This document shows positions 1 through 12,714 of a DNA stretch of 64,000 nt, piece after piece. The notes under the pieces were generated by a model that was given only the letters and a program-made list of their open reading frames with translations, was not told the DNA's origin and made no database searches. Positions within the stretch are counted from its first letter, which is position 1. The number at the start of each line of letters is the position of its first letter. Origin of the DNA: Lama glama. Lineage: Eukaryota. The DNA lies in assembly GCA_028534125.1 (NCBI GenBank), contig CM052818.1, forward strand, positions 22,012,001 through 22,076,000. The letters are read 5' to 3'. Position numbers and translations under genes: made by a program.

Positions 1-242
1 AAAATCTTTGGGCATATTAGCATTGTTCACCTTTATGCAGATAGGAAAACACTTTTTGTACTCCTGTTGAAATGTTTGTTCATCAGGTAGATTTGCTTTT
101 CTCAACCTATCATGGTATCTAGACTTGAATTGGTTACTACATATTTACTACTTAGTAAACAGAATTCAGATAATTTCTTTCTATAGTTGTAGCTCAAACT
201 AGTAGAAAAGTGGACTTCATCTTGAATCTATCTTTTCTTAGA

Positions 243-381
243 AACTATTTATTTATTTGCAGGGGGAAGAAGATAATTAGGTTTACTTATTTATTTAGTT
301 TGATGGAATTACTGGGGATTGAACCCAGGGCCTCATGCATGCTAGGCAAGTGCTCTACCACTGAGCTATATCCTCCCCCTA
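243..381 (-). mobile_element. tRNA-Ala-derived SINE (camelid Vic-1-like), antisense
   Basis: Reverse complement reads GGGGGAGGATATAGCTCAGTGGTAGAGC...GGGTTCAATCCCCAG...AAATAAACCTAATT-type tail; exact 13-bp TSD ATCTTTTCTTAGA at 230-242 and 382-394. Confidence 0.9.
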
Positions 382-429
382 ATCTTTTCTTAGATTCTTA
401 GTTGGTCAAAAGTGCCTTGTTTGAAGCTC

Positions 430-545
430 ACATTATATTAATAAGGGAACTGAGTCCAGAGAGACTCAGTGGTTCGTCTAAGGTTCCACATCTGGCTGTC
501 ACTGGTGCTGGTGTTAGAGCTAGGATTTCTGTCCTCCTATTTTAA
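430..545 (-). mobile_element. MIR fragment
   Basis: gggaactgagtccagagag...ctaaggttccacatctgg resembles the MIR core. Confidence 0.55.
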
Positions 546-1500
546 TAATCTTTTTTTAATACCATAACACCTCCCTATTAGACGTTTGTAAATATTATGC
601 TGTATTTGTTTTATAAAAATTCTCAGCTACTGGTTAAAAACTATGTACTGATTTTTGCATTGAGGACATTTGAAAAAGTGGTACCAAGTTTTTTTTATCA
701 GTGAAGGTTTTATCTGGAAAAATAGGAAAGCTGGGAAAGGTAATGAGAATATGAGAGATTGTCAGCTGTTTTATAGTTTTTAGAAACTAGTTTCTCCTTT
801 GCAGGAGATCTTGAAATAGAGTAAAGTATATATTTCTACAGTCTTTTCTTTATGTAACAGGATAATGGCTATATGTCTTCTGTATGCTTTCTTTGGTGTA
901 GGGTAAGAAACTAACATGCTTATCAGTGCAGTGAATTTTTTTTTGTCTGGGGAGTTATATATGGTAGAAATAAATAACAGAAGAAAGTAAAGGCTGCAGA
1001 AATGGAGGATGTAGAGAAGTGTTTCACAAGGAATAAAAATATCCTTTAGGAAATTCAGGAAAGGTATTTAGAGGTCAGATCAAACCGAACCAAGTTTTTA
1101 ACAATAGGATAATCAAATTTCTATTGAACTCTAGAATTTTTCTGCTTCAGATTTGGCTATCAGCAGCCCGTAAGAGAGACTGTTACAATGACTTCCTCAT
1201 GGTTTATCTTGCTAGTATTTTTCTCTGTGGTGCAAACGGAAAAGTCTTCTCTTAGAATTTTAGCAAATTGGTCCGAGTGAGAGGAAATAATGCAGAATGA
1301 TTGAGGATCTACATCCTTTGGTATATTTAGGACGCATAAAAAGAAGAATATGAAAGGGGAAAGATATAAAAGGAAGGACTGATATGAAAGCCTAAAATGC
1401 CAGTTGCTTGAAGTGATTGAATAGAGGGTACTTTTTAAAAAGTCGGAAATTGCCTCCTCCTAAAGTGAATGCCCTGGGTAATCTAAAATCATGTGGAGAT

Positions 1501-1622
1501 GGGGAGGGTATAGCTCAGTCGTAGAGCGCATGCTTAGCATGCATAAAGTTCTCGGTTCACCCAGTACCTCCATTAAAAAAATAATAACAAAAATAAACCT
1601 TAAAAAAATATTAAAAAATATA
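1501..1622 (+). mobile_element. tRNA-Ala-derived SINE (Vic-1-like)
   Basis: GGGGAGGGTATAGCTCAGTCGTAGAGCGCATGCTTAGCATG head, degenerate B box, A-rich tail. Confidence 0.88.
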
Positions 1623-2505
1623 TAAAATGTGAAGTGAACAGCCCTAGCTGGCGAATGTTATTCAGGAAAACCATATGTCTTTCCCAATAGTTTGAACTAT
1701 TTTAATAAAACTTTCTGAACGGAGACTTTCCTTTAGAGTCATAAACTTTCTTGTGCCTACATTTGAAACATTTTTACTAGATTGTTTATTTAGTCTTAGT
1801 TTAGATTCTCTAAATTCACAGATGTTTTTGGATACATGTTTATCTAAGTTAATATATGATTATTTTAATCTTATTTTCAAAAGAAATATGAATTGTATCC
1901 TTTGGGAGGATGTATGCATGTATGTCAGATCAACCACCTTTTTTCTCCTTATTGATGAGTGTTTCCCTCTTCCCATCTGGCTATAGTTATTGAGCTGAAT
2001 ACCCTTGCATGTTTCCTCAGAGTCCTCAAGGGAGTGACTACTTATCTGAGCAGTGGTGTGAACTCATGTTTCTTAAAACCTGCTTTAGTTTCAGTTAGAA
2101 AGATATCGTAAGTTAAAAATACTACCAACACAGATCATCTGATTGAGCAGAATGCACTCCTCTCCCTGAAAAACATTATTGGGAAAATGAAGAATGAAAG
2201 AATAAAATGTATTTGAGGCATAGATGATGGGGAAAGTGTTTGTATAGGAATAAAAATCTTCTATCTGCAAGCAGTGTGTTGGCCTGTTTTCCAATGATAG
2301 AAAATCAAATATATGGTTCCCTTATGCTACATTTACTCTATGTAAAATCTAAGGAAATTTTTTAAATCATTATCTTATTTCCCAGACAAAATGCTGAGCA
2401 ATTTTCCCACAGTATAATTCAGAAAGTAAATGAACTGAACTTTTTGATATTTTGGTAATGTATACCAAGTCCCTCATCTTTGTGCTTCTAAATTTGATTT
2501 TACAG

Positions 2506-2624
2506 GTGTAGTTGAAGTCCTCAAAGGAATGCATGAAGTAGGAGTAACTCCTGATCAGGAGACGTACATAAATTACGTGTTTCCATGTTTTGATAACATC
2601 AAGTCAGTCCGTGCTGTTTTGCAG
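2506..2624 (+). CDS. LRPPRC: LRPPRC exon ~12 (119 nt): (G)[39 protein letters not shown]
   Basis: tttacag| acceptor, CAG|gtaagt donor; PPR-type GV.PD..TY motif. Confidence 0.95.
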
Positions 2625-3353
2625 GTAAGTGCAAGTGTGGTTTTAATTCATAATTGAAGAGAACATCTTTCTTCCCTAGTGTTTTGTGGTAACCATAAAA
2701 AACAAAAGTCACTGAACTGAGGGCTAAAATGGTTATGTCTATATACAGTTTTCTAAAGCTTTGTAAAAATACTGGTTAGTGTAACATCTATAGTTGTTAA
2801 ACTTAAAAAGATTAAAAAAAGTAAAGTAGTATTTTTCTTGTTGAAAAGACAATGCCAGTACAAAATTTAGATAAAACAATATTCACTCTTTAATCCTACT
2901 TTACAGTGCAACTGCAGTTTTCATGTTTTGAATATTACTTTTCACTTCTATATGAATTTTTATAATATACTCCTAGTATACTTACTATTCCTTTTTTTTT
3001 TTAAATAATCTTTTATTTGACCCCAAAGCATTATTTTCCTGCCAGATGCTTCCTGTCCCCACCAGAATAGGCAAGGCATTTATGAAGGGGCATATGAAGA
3101 AACCGACTTGGACGGTGCATTGAGTCAGCAATGGCTGCACTTTCAATTTTGAAATTAAGTGCTGTACACTTAGGAACAACATGGCAGAGCACCAGATACC
3201 TTAATGAGAAGTGTTTTGTTCAGAAGACCTGTTTCCTAGGTGGTTATTCACATAATGCCTTGATTTTTCTCATATTGTTAGAGTGTTCTCTTTTTTCATT
3301 GAAAAAATTACATAATTACAGTCCTCTTAAAGGTAGAGTTTATGTCTTCACTG

Positions 3354-3606
3354 GTTTTTTTTTAAGCTTTTTTTTTTAATTGAGTTATAGTCAGTTTACA
3401 ATGTTGTGTCAGTTTCTGGTGTACAGCACAATTCTTCAGTCATACCTGAATATATATATATTCATTTTCATATTCTTTTTCACTGTGAGCTACTACAAAA
3501 TATTGAATATATTTCCCTATGCTATACAGTACGAACTTATTTATCTATTTTATATGTACCCATCAGTATCTGCAAATCTCGAACTCCCAGTTTATCCCCT
3601 CCCACC
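3354..3606 (-). mobile_element. 5'-truncated LINE-1 3' end (camelid/artiodactyl type)
   Basis: Poly(T) followed by aattgagttatagtcagtttacaatgttgtg...; homologous to 38160-38410; candidate TSD TGTCTTCA(C/G)TG at 3343-3353 and 3607-3617. Confidence 0.85.
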
Positions 3607-4339
3607 TGTCTTCAGTGTCTTTACCTGAGTACTTAGCAGTGTATTTTGAGACTGTGCTATACATATTTTACTATTAAAAATATATTTTAAAAAGTAATTT
3701 GCCCCCATATTTTTATTTCCCAAAAACCTCCTTTTTTCACTTGGCACCTTTACATTATAGTATGTAGTTATGCAATTATTTTTTATGTTTGCATGCTGTT
3801 TTATTGTATGGATATACCATAATTTATCTTTATGCATTATTAGTTGCTTTTTAATACACTGTTAATGAAAAGTGGTTCAATAAATGGCTAAATTTTGGCT
3901 TATATGCTTAAATTATTAAAGGATGATGTTGAAATAAGTAAGTAGTCATTTGGAGTTAAATAAAAATAAATTTGATCTTTACCTTATATGCCCCCAAATA
4001 TCATGTTAAATCAGTGTGTTAAATTTTTATTTTGCTTCAAATGAGAGAATTGTTCCAGTGTCTTCAGTAGTAAACTCTTCCTAGAAGGAAGGCACTCTGA
4101 GGGTAACAGATTATATGAATTTGAAAATAAGCATATAATTTGAAATGTTGGTACACCATATCATAGCTTTTGCTAAAGTTCAGTTATTCAGTTTATATGT
4201 GTTATTCTAGAAAATGATCTTTTTAAATGAAGAATTTTCAGAATATGGTGACACAAAGAAATGGGAAAACAGGAAGTTTGAATGGCATATCAAAATATTT
4301 TTAACTGAAGTGTAGTATTGAAATATGCTTTATCCCTAG

Positions 4340-4433
4340 GAACACGGATGTCTACATGAAAATGATATATTTTCTCAAGCTGAATTGAGAAGTGAAGCAG
4401 TAAATGGAAACTTAGACTATGTTTTATCATTTT
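4340..4433 (+). CDS. LRPPRC: LRPPRC exon ~13 (94 nt): [31 protein letters not shown]
   Basis: ccctag| acceptor, |gtaagt donor; phase fits neighbours. Confidence 0.95.
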
Positions 4434-4669
4434 GTAAGTATGCAGCATTAGCAGTAATTGGCAAACGTTGATTTCAGTTACTATTGAGGGCATACAGGGT
4501 AGTTCATGCCCTCAGTGCCTACACCATGTAGTTCAAAGTAAATTCTTTGAAAGTCAGGAAATTTTTATATGTTTTGTTTAGGTCAGACTGCTAAGACAGT
4601 TTATCAGTTGAACTTGTGCATAATTTGGAAGTAACTTGAAAGTTAAAAGGTCCTTGGAAAACACATGGT

Positions 4670-5080
4670 ATTAGGTTGGACTGGAGACCCAAAAGACTTG
4701 GATTATATTTATAACTAGGCTGCTGATTATGGGACCTGAAACAAGTCTGTATACCACTCTTTGCTTCAGTTTCATGAAATGGAATAGTATAACCTATTTA
4801 TCTTACCATGTGGAAGTCTTGAAAATCATGAGATTTTGTTTCTGGCAGTGTATTCTAAACTAATGCCTATTATAGCCCTAAGTTGCATGAAGCCATCTAC
4901 CAGTCCTCATTAACAAAAACACAACAGATGTTTTACTAAACATTTATAAATGCTAGGGTGCTTTATAATGTTCATCACATGTTAATAAAATTCCTCCATT
5001 GATAGATGAAGGAAATTATAGAGAGGTTTAAATGATTTGCCCAAAGTTATTGATTGAGCCAGAAACAAGATCATCTAACC
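4670..5080. mobile_element. Two degraded MIR fragments (about 4670-4810 on +, about 4950-5080 on -)
   Basis: ctctttgcttcagtttcatgaaatgg; gatagatgaaggaaattatagagaggtttaaatgatttgcccaaagt. Confidence 0.55.
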
Positions 5081-6003
5081 TTAACCTTATTTTTTCCCTG
5101 TATTTTAATTTTAATAAATTCTACATTAAAACAACATTTTTAAACATGTCTATGACGTTAACTTGACAGTGTTTCAGATCTTGTGAAAAAAATCATTAAA
5201 AATACCAATAGACATCAATTTCTAATCCCTGAAAATGTTAAAAGTTAAGCTTTGATTAATGTATATTCAAATGGTATACATGGAAGCTTTGTAAAAACCA
5301 AGTTACTAATATATATTACCTGTATCTGTGTTACTGAAAGTAATTTACTGTATTATTGTAAGGGAAAGGCAAAATATTCAGTATGAAAAGTGGTGACTGT
5401 TAGAGGTGTAGTTATTTGAGTGCAAGGTTGGGAATTAATGCTGGCTGCTATCTGAGTGTATTGATTTTGCCTTCCACTCTGTATAATATATAGATTTTCC
5501 ATACTGACAAGATGAAAACAGAAGCATTAGCAGAGGAATCTGGGCACATAAGGTGGATACATGAGAGCTGCCTTTCCCTTTATCATACCATCCATTCTAC
5601 TTTACTGTCAACCTCTTGATTTTCTTTTAGACTTGTTTGTTGCTAGGGAAACTAGGTGCTTTTTGTCAGCAGCCTTCCAGCTTGCTGAGATATTTCTGGT
5701 CACCTTTTTAATGAATAAAAACTTGATGATATTCTGTAAAATACTAATTTGAATAGTTTAGAAATAAGTTTCCAAGAGGCTGTTTATTAACTGTGTGAAA
5801 AAAAAAAAGATGCCATGAACTTAAAGACTAAAGAAGATTTCAGCTCACACTCCCATCAGTGCCCTCCCTCCACCTTTGATTTACAGGTCTTTGAAGAGCA
5901 GTTAGTTCTGTAATTGCTGGTTTCACTGTAGGCTGCTATTAGATAAGCCCTTTTGGTTACTACAAGGAATGGCAGGTAGTAGAGAAGAGTAAATGACTTG
6001 GGC

Positions 6004-6265
6004 TTTTAATTTTTAATTGAGGTATAATTGACATATAACATTATATTAGTTTTAAATATATAACAATGATTTGATATTTGTGTGTATTGCAAAATGATCA
6101 CTATAATAAGTCTGGTTAACGTCTGTCCTCATACATGGTTACAAACATTGTTTTTTCTTGTGATGAAGACTTCTAAGATCTACTGTCTTGGCAGCTTTTA
6201 CATACGAAGCATAGTATTAACTGTAGTCACCATACTTACTGTACATTACATCTTTATGACTTATT
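6004..6265 (-). mobile_element. LINE-1 3' end (L1MA-like)
   Basis: tttttaattgaggtataattgacatataacatt...tattgcaaaatgatcac...ctaagatctact; homologous to 35935-36190. Confidence 0.8.
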
Positions 6266-7543
6266 AAGTGGCTTATCTTGATCAAGTTTGTACAGTAGGA
6301 AGAAACATTTTTTCCACTTGTGTTTGTAGGCATAGAAATTAATTTGATCAAGCAAAATTGAAGGTTACTGAAAAGCATGTGGTGTGTCTACTTTAAAATT
6401 CCTGGAGTGACTAAATGCAGTTCATTTCAGAAATGATTTTTAGATTTTCAAATGCTGCATGCAACCACTGCGGAACTTATGCTTCCTGTTCAGGGGATCT
6501 AACAGTCGATCTAAAGTAATTCTCCTTATGTATGTAGCTTAAATTTTTACTCATATTTTGAGAGATAAGCAAGTCTTAAAACCTACTGTGGCTTTTCCCA
6601 TAATTTTTTTTTAAATTAACCAGGTATCTTAATCTTTACCTAATATTTATTAATTTTCTCTTCAGAATTTGCTCCCACTATGAGTTCCTTCCTGATTTTC
6701 ATCCCTCTTGGATCATTCAGTAGCCACTTTACATGTATACTGAAAAGATAACAACAATTATTTATAACATGACACCATTTTAATATAGTGACAGGGAAAA
6801 AGAAATTCAGGCGATGCCTACCATGATTCCATTCTGTGGATTATGGCAAGGATTATGTGGAATATCAGGTCTTATGCCTTAAGGCCTGATTCTTACACTA
6901 AGGCAAATCAGGCTCATGGTGTCGGCATTGAAACATATGAGGTTGTAGACTTAAATGCCAAAATTAATAGTAGAGCAAACAAATCATCAGAAAAGTGAAC
7001 AATCAGTATGAGTCAAATACATAACAGAGATAATAAAGAGGTTATTATGACTTTAGGTTGTCACTCTTGCATGAATGCAAGCCATAGATCATAGTGGAAA
7101 ATGGAATGAGAAAGTGTGAATGGTTCAGCAAAATCCAACACCACTCTTAGAAAAGAACTTCTTCCCTCATCTTCTGTTTTAAAGGGTAGTTACAATCTCT
7201 CCCTTCGTAGTGCCGTGTTGTCCAGTAACATACAACCTTGGTATGTGTACCAGGCTGACTTTGAATATGCTGGTAGATTAGTTATTGCCATTTATAGAAG
7301 AGAATATAAATTCATAGTTGTGTGTATTTATGTAAATGAAGTAAAATATTTTAAAAGGATAGATTATATTGCCAATATATATTACTGCATTGTCTAATTT
7401 TGTATGAAAACGTTTCCATTTTTAAGATACTGTTTGCAAAATGAAAATTGAGAAGTATTGGTATAAATGTGTTTCCAAATAAGTTGATAATTTAAGTTTT
7501 TGTTCTTACTCTGGGGTTTTATGATGTTCATTTTCTTTTGCAG

Positions 7544-7610
7544 TGGAATCAAATACATTGCCTCTCTCACTTACTTCGTTCAGAGGCAGCTTAATTCTAG
7601 GCTTTAGGAG
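7544..7610 (+). CDS. LRPPRC: LRPPRC exon ~14 (67 nt): (L)ESNTLPLSLTSFRGSLILGFR(R)
   Basis: ttttgcag| acceptor, GAG|gtaaga donor. Confidence 0.95.
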
Positions 7611-7994
7611 GTAAGATGATATATATAATGTTGTTTGCCTGAATATTGACTGACTGCTCCTTTTGACCTCCTTTGTGAGGAAAGAAATAGATATTCTTAT
7701 CTTCCAATATACTAGTTACCTGAAATAACCTTACTTGTTTTAATTGTTTCTACTAAGTAGTTGAGTTTAGGTCACCGTTTATATCATCTCTTCTCAGAAA
7801 TAACACTGATTTGATAAGTCTTATTTCAAAAAAGAATGCACTGCTTGTGGTGAGTTGGCGTTATAGACAAATTTATATGTATATTTGATTTATACTTTGA
7901 GCATTTAATTACAAGATGACTTTTATTCAGTATAAAACTACTCTCTGCTTTGGTGTGCTCAGGGAATGTTAATGACCTTTTCTGCCAGTTTTGT

Positions 7995-8870
7995 TTTGAG
8001 ATAGTCCAGCATAAAGACAGGTTGAAAGAACAGGAAAGGAAATACCCACATACCCTTTATGCAGATTCACCAGTTGTTGATACTTTGCCACATTGACTTG
8101 CCTCCTCGCTCATATACTTTTGCTCTAATATACGCACACACAGACATGTACATATATACACTTTTTTTTCCGTTTTTGCTGAACTACTTGAATTTTAGAC
8201 AACATGATGCTGAATTCTTCAACATCTCTCTTTCAAGAATAAGGTCATCATCTATATAATCAAAATACCAGTATCACTCCTGAAAAATTAACAATATTAT
8301 AACATCATCCAATATATATAGTCTATGTTGATTGTCCCAGCTGTTAAAAGTTTTTCTTTTATGGCTGTTTTACTTTTTGAGGATTCAGTTAAGTTTATGC
8401 ATGGTATTTGATTGGTATCTCCTTATTCTCATAATCAAGAACAGTTCCCTACTTTTTAGGGGGTGGGATGGGCAGAAGAGTCCAGGCTACTTTCTCTGTA
8501 GAATGTTGCTTTCACATTTGTGTCTAATTTCTTCCTCATGATCAGACTTAGGTTGAACATTTTAAGCAAGTATACTTCATAGGTGATTGGCTTAAAGGGG
8601 TATAATGTCAGGTGTCCAGTATTAGTGCCATCAGCGAGGGTTGATCATTTGTTTACGTTGGTGGCCCCTGCGTCTCCCTTGCAAAAGAACCTCATCTCCT
8701 TTGTGATCATTAAGGTGTCTGTGGGGTGATACTTTGAGACAGTGTGTCTTCCCTGATTGCTAGCTACTTTCAGTGGTTATAGCAGCCGTTGGTAATTCGT
8801 CAGATCAGTTGTTAACTGTGGTAGTTGCAAAAGGATGAGTTTCTAATTTTATCATTCTTTCTGTGTTTAT
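7995..8870 (-). mobile_element. Ancient LINE-1 3' region (L1MC-like)
   Basis: cagattcaccagttgttgatactttgccac..., ggggtgatactttgagac..., gttgcaaaaggatgagtttctaattttatcattc motifs. Confidence 0.65.
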
Positions 8871-9626
8871 AATCTTAATGACTTCTGATAATAATCCCAG
8901 TAATTTTTAGATTGTTTGTTGATGGGAACACTAGTTCTATAGACAACTCCGGAAGCTCCAGTGCAGACAAGAAGAGAGAGAACAAGCAGGTAGGATTCTT
9001 CAGCTGGTGTAGCTCCACTCCTTTCATACATCTGCATACATTTAAAAATGTGATTAGCTGCTTTATATGAAGTTTAAAAAAACAAAAAGCAAAAAGGTCT
9101 GTGCCTTTAAAAATAAAGTTGGAAAAACACATGTATATAATCAAGTAGATAAAAATGCTCATAGAGCTAGATTTTTAAAAAAGAACCCATAATGCATCAT
9201 GAAGTGAAATACAGTGACATTTTCATACATTTATTTGTCCTCAAGACTTGAAAACAAGTTTTTAATATAAACTTCCAGGTTGTGGGTATTTCCTTCTTTA
9301 GCTTTACTAACATCTTTTTTAGTCAGTTTGAATGGCAGTTGTTATATTTCACAAATTGTGGACTTCTCAAAGTACTTGGACTATTAAATTGATCCAATAT
9401 GATGAAGAAAGCCGAACTGTATATTCTGATATATACCAAGGTCCGTCACTGAGCTTTTTTAGTGGCTTAATGATTAAAATGCAGAGTTGCTTACTCCTCC
9501 AGTAAATGTGTCTGGTTGCTGTGCTTTTTGCTTCTCTTTAATTTTGTGTCATCTTTGCTATAAGATTTTTTTTTTCAATCTTCCTCTTGACAACTTTCAG
9601 TGTAGTTACCTTAAGTAGCCTACATA

Positions 9627-9779
9627 GGTGGGAAGGGTATAGCTCAAGTGGTAGAGTGCATGCTTAGCATGTATGAGGTCCTGGGTTCAATTCCCAGTAC
9701 CTCCTCTAAGAATAAATAAATAAATAAACCTAATTACCTCCCCCCTTAAAAAGGACAAAAAAAAATACAATGAAAAAAA
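9627..9779 (+). mobile_element. tRNA-Ala-derived SINE (Vic-1-like), well preserved
   Basis: A box TAGCTCAAGTGG, B box GGTTCAATTCC, (TAAA)n and A tail; TSD AAGTAGCCTACATA (9613-9626) / AAGTAACCTACATA (9780-9793). Confidence 0.92.
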
Positions 9780-10349
9780 AAGTAACCTACATATGCTTAA
9801 ATAATTTTCTGGTTTTGGTTCATTGTGGGCTGGGAAGTTAAATAAACCTAAGTCATTGCAATTTGGAAAAATGAAAGGTTCTAAATAAGGGCATGCATTT
9901 TTTTTTTTGCTCTTATTTTGTGACAAAGATTTTGAGGCAGATGTTTTGATTATTAGAACATAAGGTCCATGTTTAGTTTATTGCACTATTTTTAGCTCGT
10001 AGATATTAATACCTGGCACATGATTAGCACTGTTGAATTAATTACTGAGGCCTTTTTGTTCTGTATTTCTGCCTGTTTTTGAGCATTCCCTTTAATTCAA
10101 CAAGTATTCTTGAGATTAGAAGTATTGGTTAGGATCAGATTGTAAAATATTTTAAGTAACATAGAGGAACTTGTCCTTTATTGTGACAAAAGTAGACTAA
10201 CTTGTGCGGTGCAGAGGCTTGGCTGAGGCAGAGATACATCCAGAATGTATTTTAACCTCAGACATTGTATTTATCATTTCTAGAAATTGAATATTTTTTT
10301 TTTTAACCTCCCACATCTCCTTAACATGCTCATGCTTCTTTTTTCCTTC

Positions 10350-11140
10350 TTGACTCTGGAGGTGTTAATGATAGATGTCTTGATGTCCTTGTCTACTAAT
10401 TCTCTTAATTAATTACTTTTCTCATTATGCACCATACATTTCTGCTTGTTTGTAATTTCTGACTGGATACCAGATGTGGATTTTATGCTGGTGGATGTGG
10501 GGGTTTTGGTTGTTGTTTGGTTGGGGGTTTTTTTGTTTTTTCAATTTCTCTGAATATTTTTGAGCTTTGTTCTGAGATGGTCTTAAGTTACTTAGAACAA
10601 TTTTTTTTTTTAAAGAAGCAACCAGTTTATTATTTTTTTACAATGTTGTGTTAGTTTCTGGTGTATAGCACAGTGATTCAGTTATACATACATGCATACA
10701 TACGCTTTTGTCATATTCTTTTTCATCATAGGTCATTACAAAATACTGAATGTAGTTCTCTGTACTGTACGTTAGGGTAGGACAGTTTTCTTAGTGCTTG
10801 CTTTGTTGGGTAGGACTAGAGCAGCTTTTGGTCTAGGATTATTCCCGCTGACTTAGTTGAGCCCAGCTATTAAGGCAGTATCCTCCTGAGTACTCTATCT
10901 GCTAGGCCATGTATTTTGAGATTATTGGGAGTGTGAACTATTCCAATCCCTGTGTGAGTTCTGGGAATTGTCTCTTTTGGAGCTTCTGAAAAGTTCTCGG
11001 GTAGTTCCCTGGGCTTCAGATTGTTTTCTCACTGGCACGTGCTTATCAGTACTCAGCTGAAGACTGAGGACAGCTCCCTGCAGATCTCCAGGGCTCTCTT
11101 TGTCCAGGTCTCTCTGCTCTGATAGTCCGCCCTATAAAAA
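10350..11140 (-). mobile_element. Ancient L1M-type fragment interrupted by a younger L1 3' end (about 10600-10772)
   Basis: cagtactcagctgaagact...ctgcagatctccagggctctct motif of old L1; nested tttacaatgttgtgttagtttctggtgtatagcacagtgattcag 3' UTR. Confidence 0.6.
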
Positions 11141-12714
11141 CAATTTTCAGTTAGTCCCTTTTGGGGAAGTATTTTAAATCTGTAGGTTCTAAAACTATAT
11201 TATGTTGATGAATTTTATCATACATACAGAAAAGTTTCAGGTTGTGGTAATTTGGCATTAATTGTAAGAATGTGTATAATTTGAAGCGTTTGGGACTAGA
11301 AGTGATTTCTTTCTTTTCCTCCCACCCCCAAAACTATTAATAATTCAAAACATAGTTGTTATAGTCCATTATCTTGGCATCAGTGTAGCCTTCTGTTCTT
11401 TCATTCAACGCTGAATGGAATAGTATGTATATTTTTAAGTCTCTTTGTCAGTACAGTCAGCACCACTACTGAAACAGTCGCCTGTCACGTGCTTCTCTAG
11501 TAACTTTAGGATTGGCCCAGTGACTAGGAGAAAACTGAGATCTGGTTGGTGTGGTCAGTAGAGTTCTGCAGCTCCTATAAGGATTAGCACATAACAAATT
11601 CACTTAAAGTTACTCCTTACCAAATATAATTATTCAGTGTTATCAGAAATGTAAGAAGTTATGGAATATTAAAGGAGATATGACAGACACTTTAGCTAAT
11701 CCTAAGGGAAACTTGGATGTGCATTTCAATGTGGAATGCAATTTTTGAAATAGTTATCTACCTTTAGTATAACCTCCCTAATAGGGGTAGGTCCAGGGTC
11801 CACGAGGCAGTAGTTCCTGTCATGTGTTGTGTAACCTATTTGAGCCCAGATTAATTTTTTTATGCTATTCCACAATATTTTTTTTAAAAACCAACACTTT
11901 TTCTCATATATTTTGAGTGATGTTTAAGTGGCAAGCTAATCTTTCTGTAAATTGTTAAACTCAAGGAATGATCATTGAATATCTATCAAGTGTAATGACT
12001 TCCCAAAGTTTTCCAATTTCTAAATTAAATTGTCTGTTAACATATCTAGGCAAAGTCACCTGTAAAAAACTTTTTAAATTCTGTACTACTTAGTTAAGGT
12101 TAGATTATTCAAGATTATTAGGAAATTTTTACTTTAAACTTTTCAGAAAGAAATAAAGCTATTTCCAAAGTATTTTAAAGGGCATTTACCTCTGACTGAT
12201 AAAGTTAGTAAATTGTCAAATCTAGGGCAAGTAGATGTTTAGTATGAATAAGACTTTCTTCCCTTTTAACAATAGCACTAGCTGAACGAAGTTCAAATTG
12301 GAAAGAAGGTCGTGTACATTTTATATGTTACTGAAAACACCACCACCAGAAACACTGCCTCACTTCTAAGAGACAAAATGGCACTGAAGATAGTTCAAAA
12401 TTTGCTTGGCGATACAACATATCAAAAAGAGAAATGTTTCAGAATTGGTATGGAGGCATTTAAGTTTTGTAGTCCATAGAGAGAGAGTTCTGTGATATAA
12501 GGAAGGACTTTTTGACCCAGTGGTGAAAGTTTGAGCTGCCTTTCATATGTTGAAGAAAATCAAGTTTCTGATACTAGCTGTATCAAAGACTCCAAGTGCC
12601 TCATGTTAAGTCCTCTTTTCAGTCACCCAGTGAGACTTCCACACATGACATTTTTACAAGAGGAGGGGAAATACTTCATGAACTACAATTTGTGAGTGCT
12701 TAGAAAAGAAAATA

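Noticed and set aside
9627..9705. tRNA-Ala-like gene (also at 310-380, 1501-1572 and 54873-54951)
   Set aside because: Each is followed by a shared SINE body and A-rich tail, two have clear TSDs, and the stems are degenerate, so these are SINE heads rather than tRNA genes
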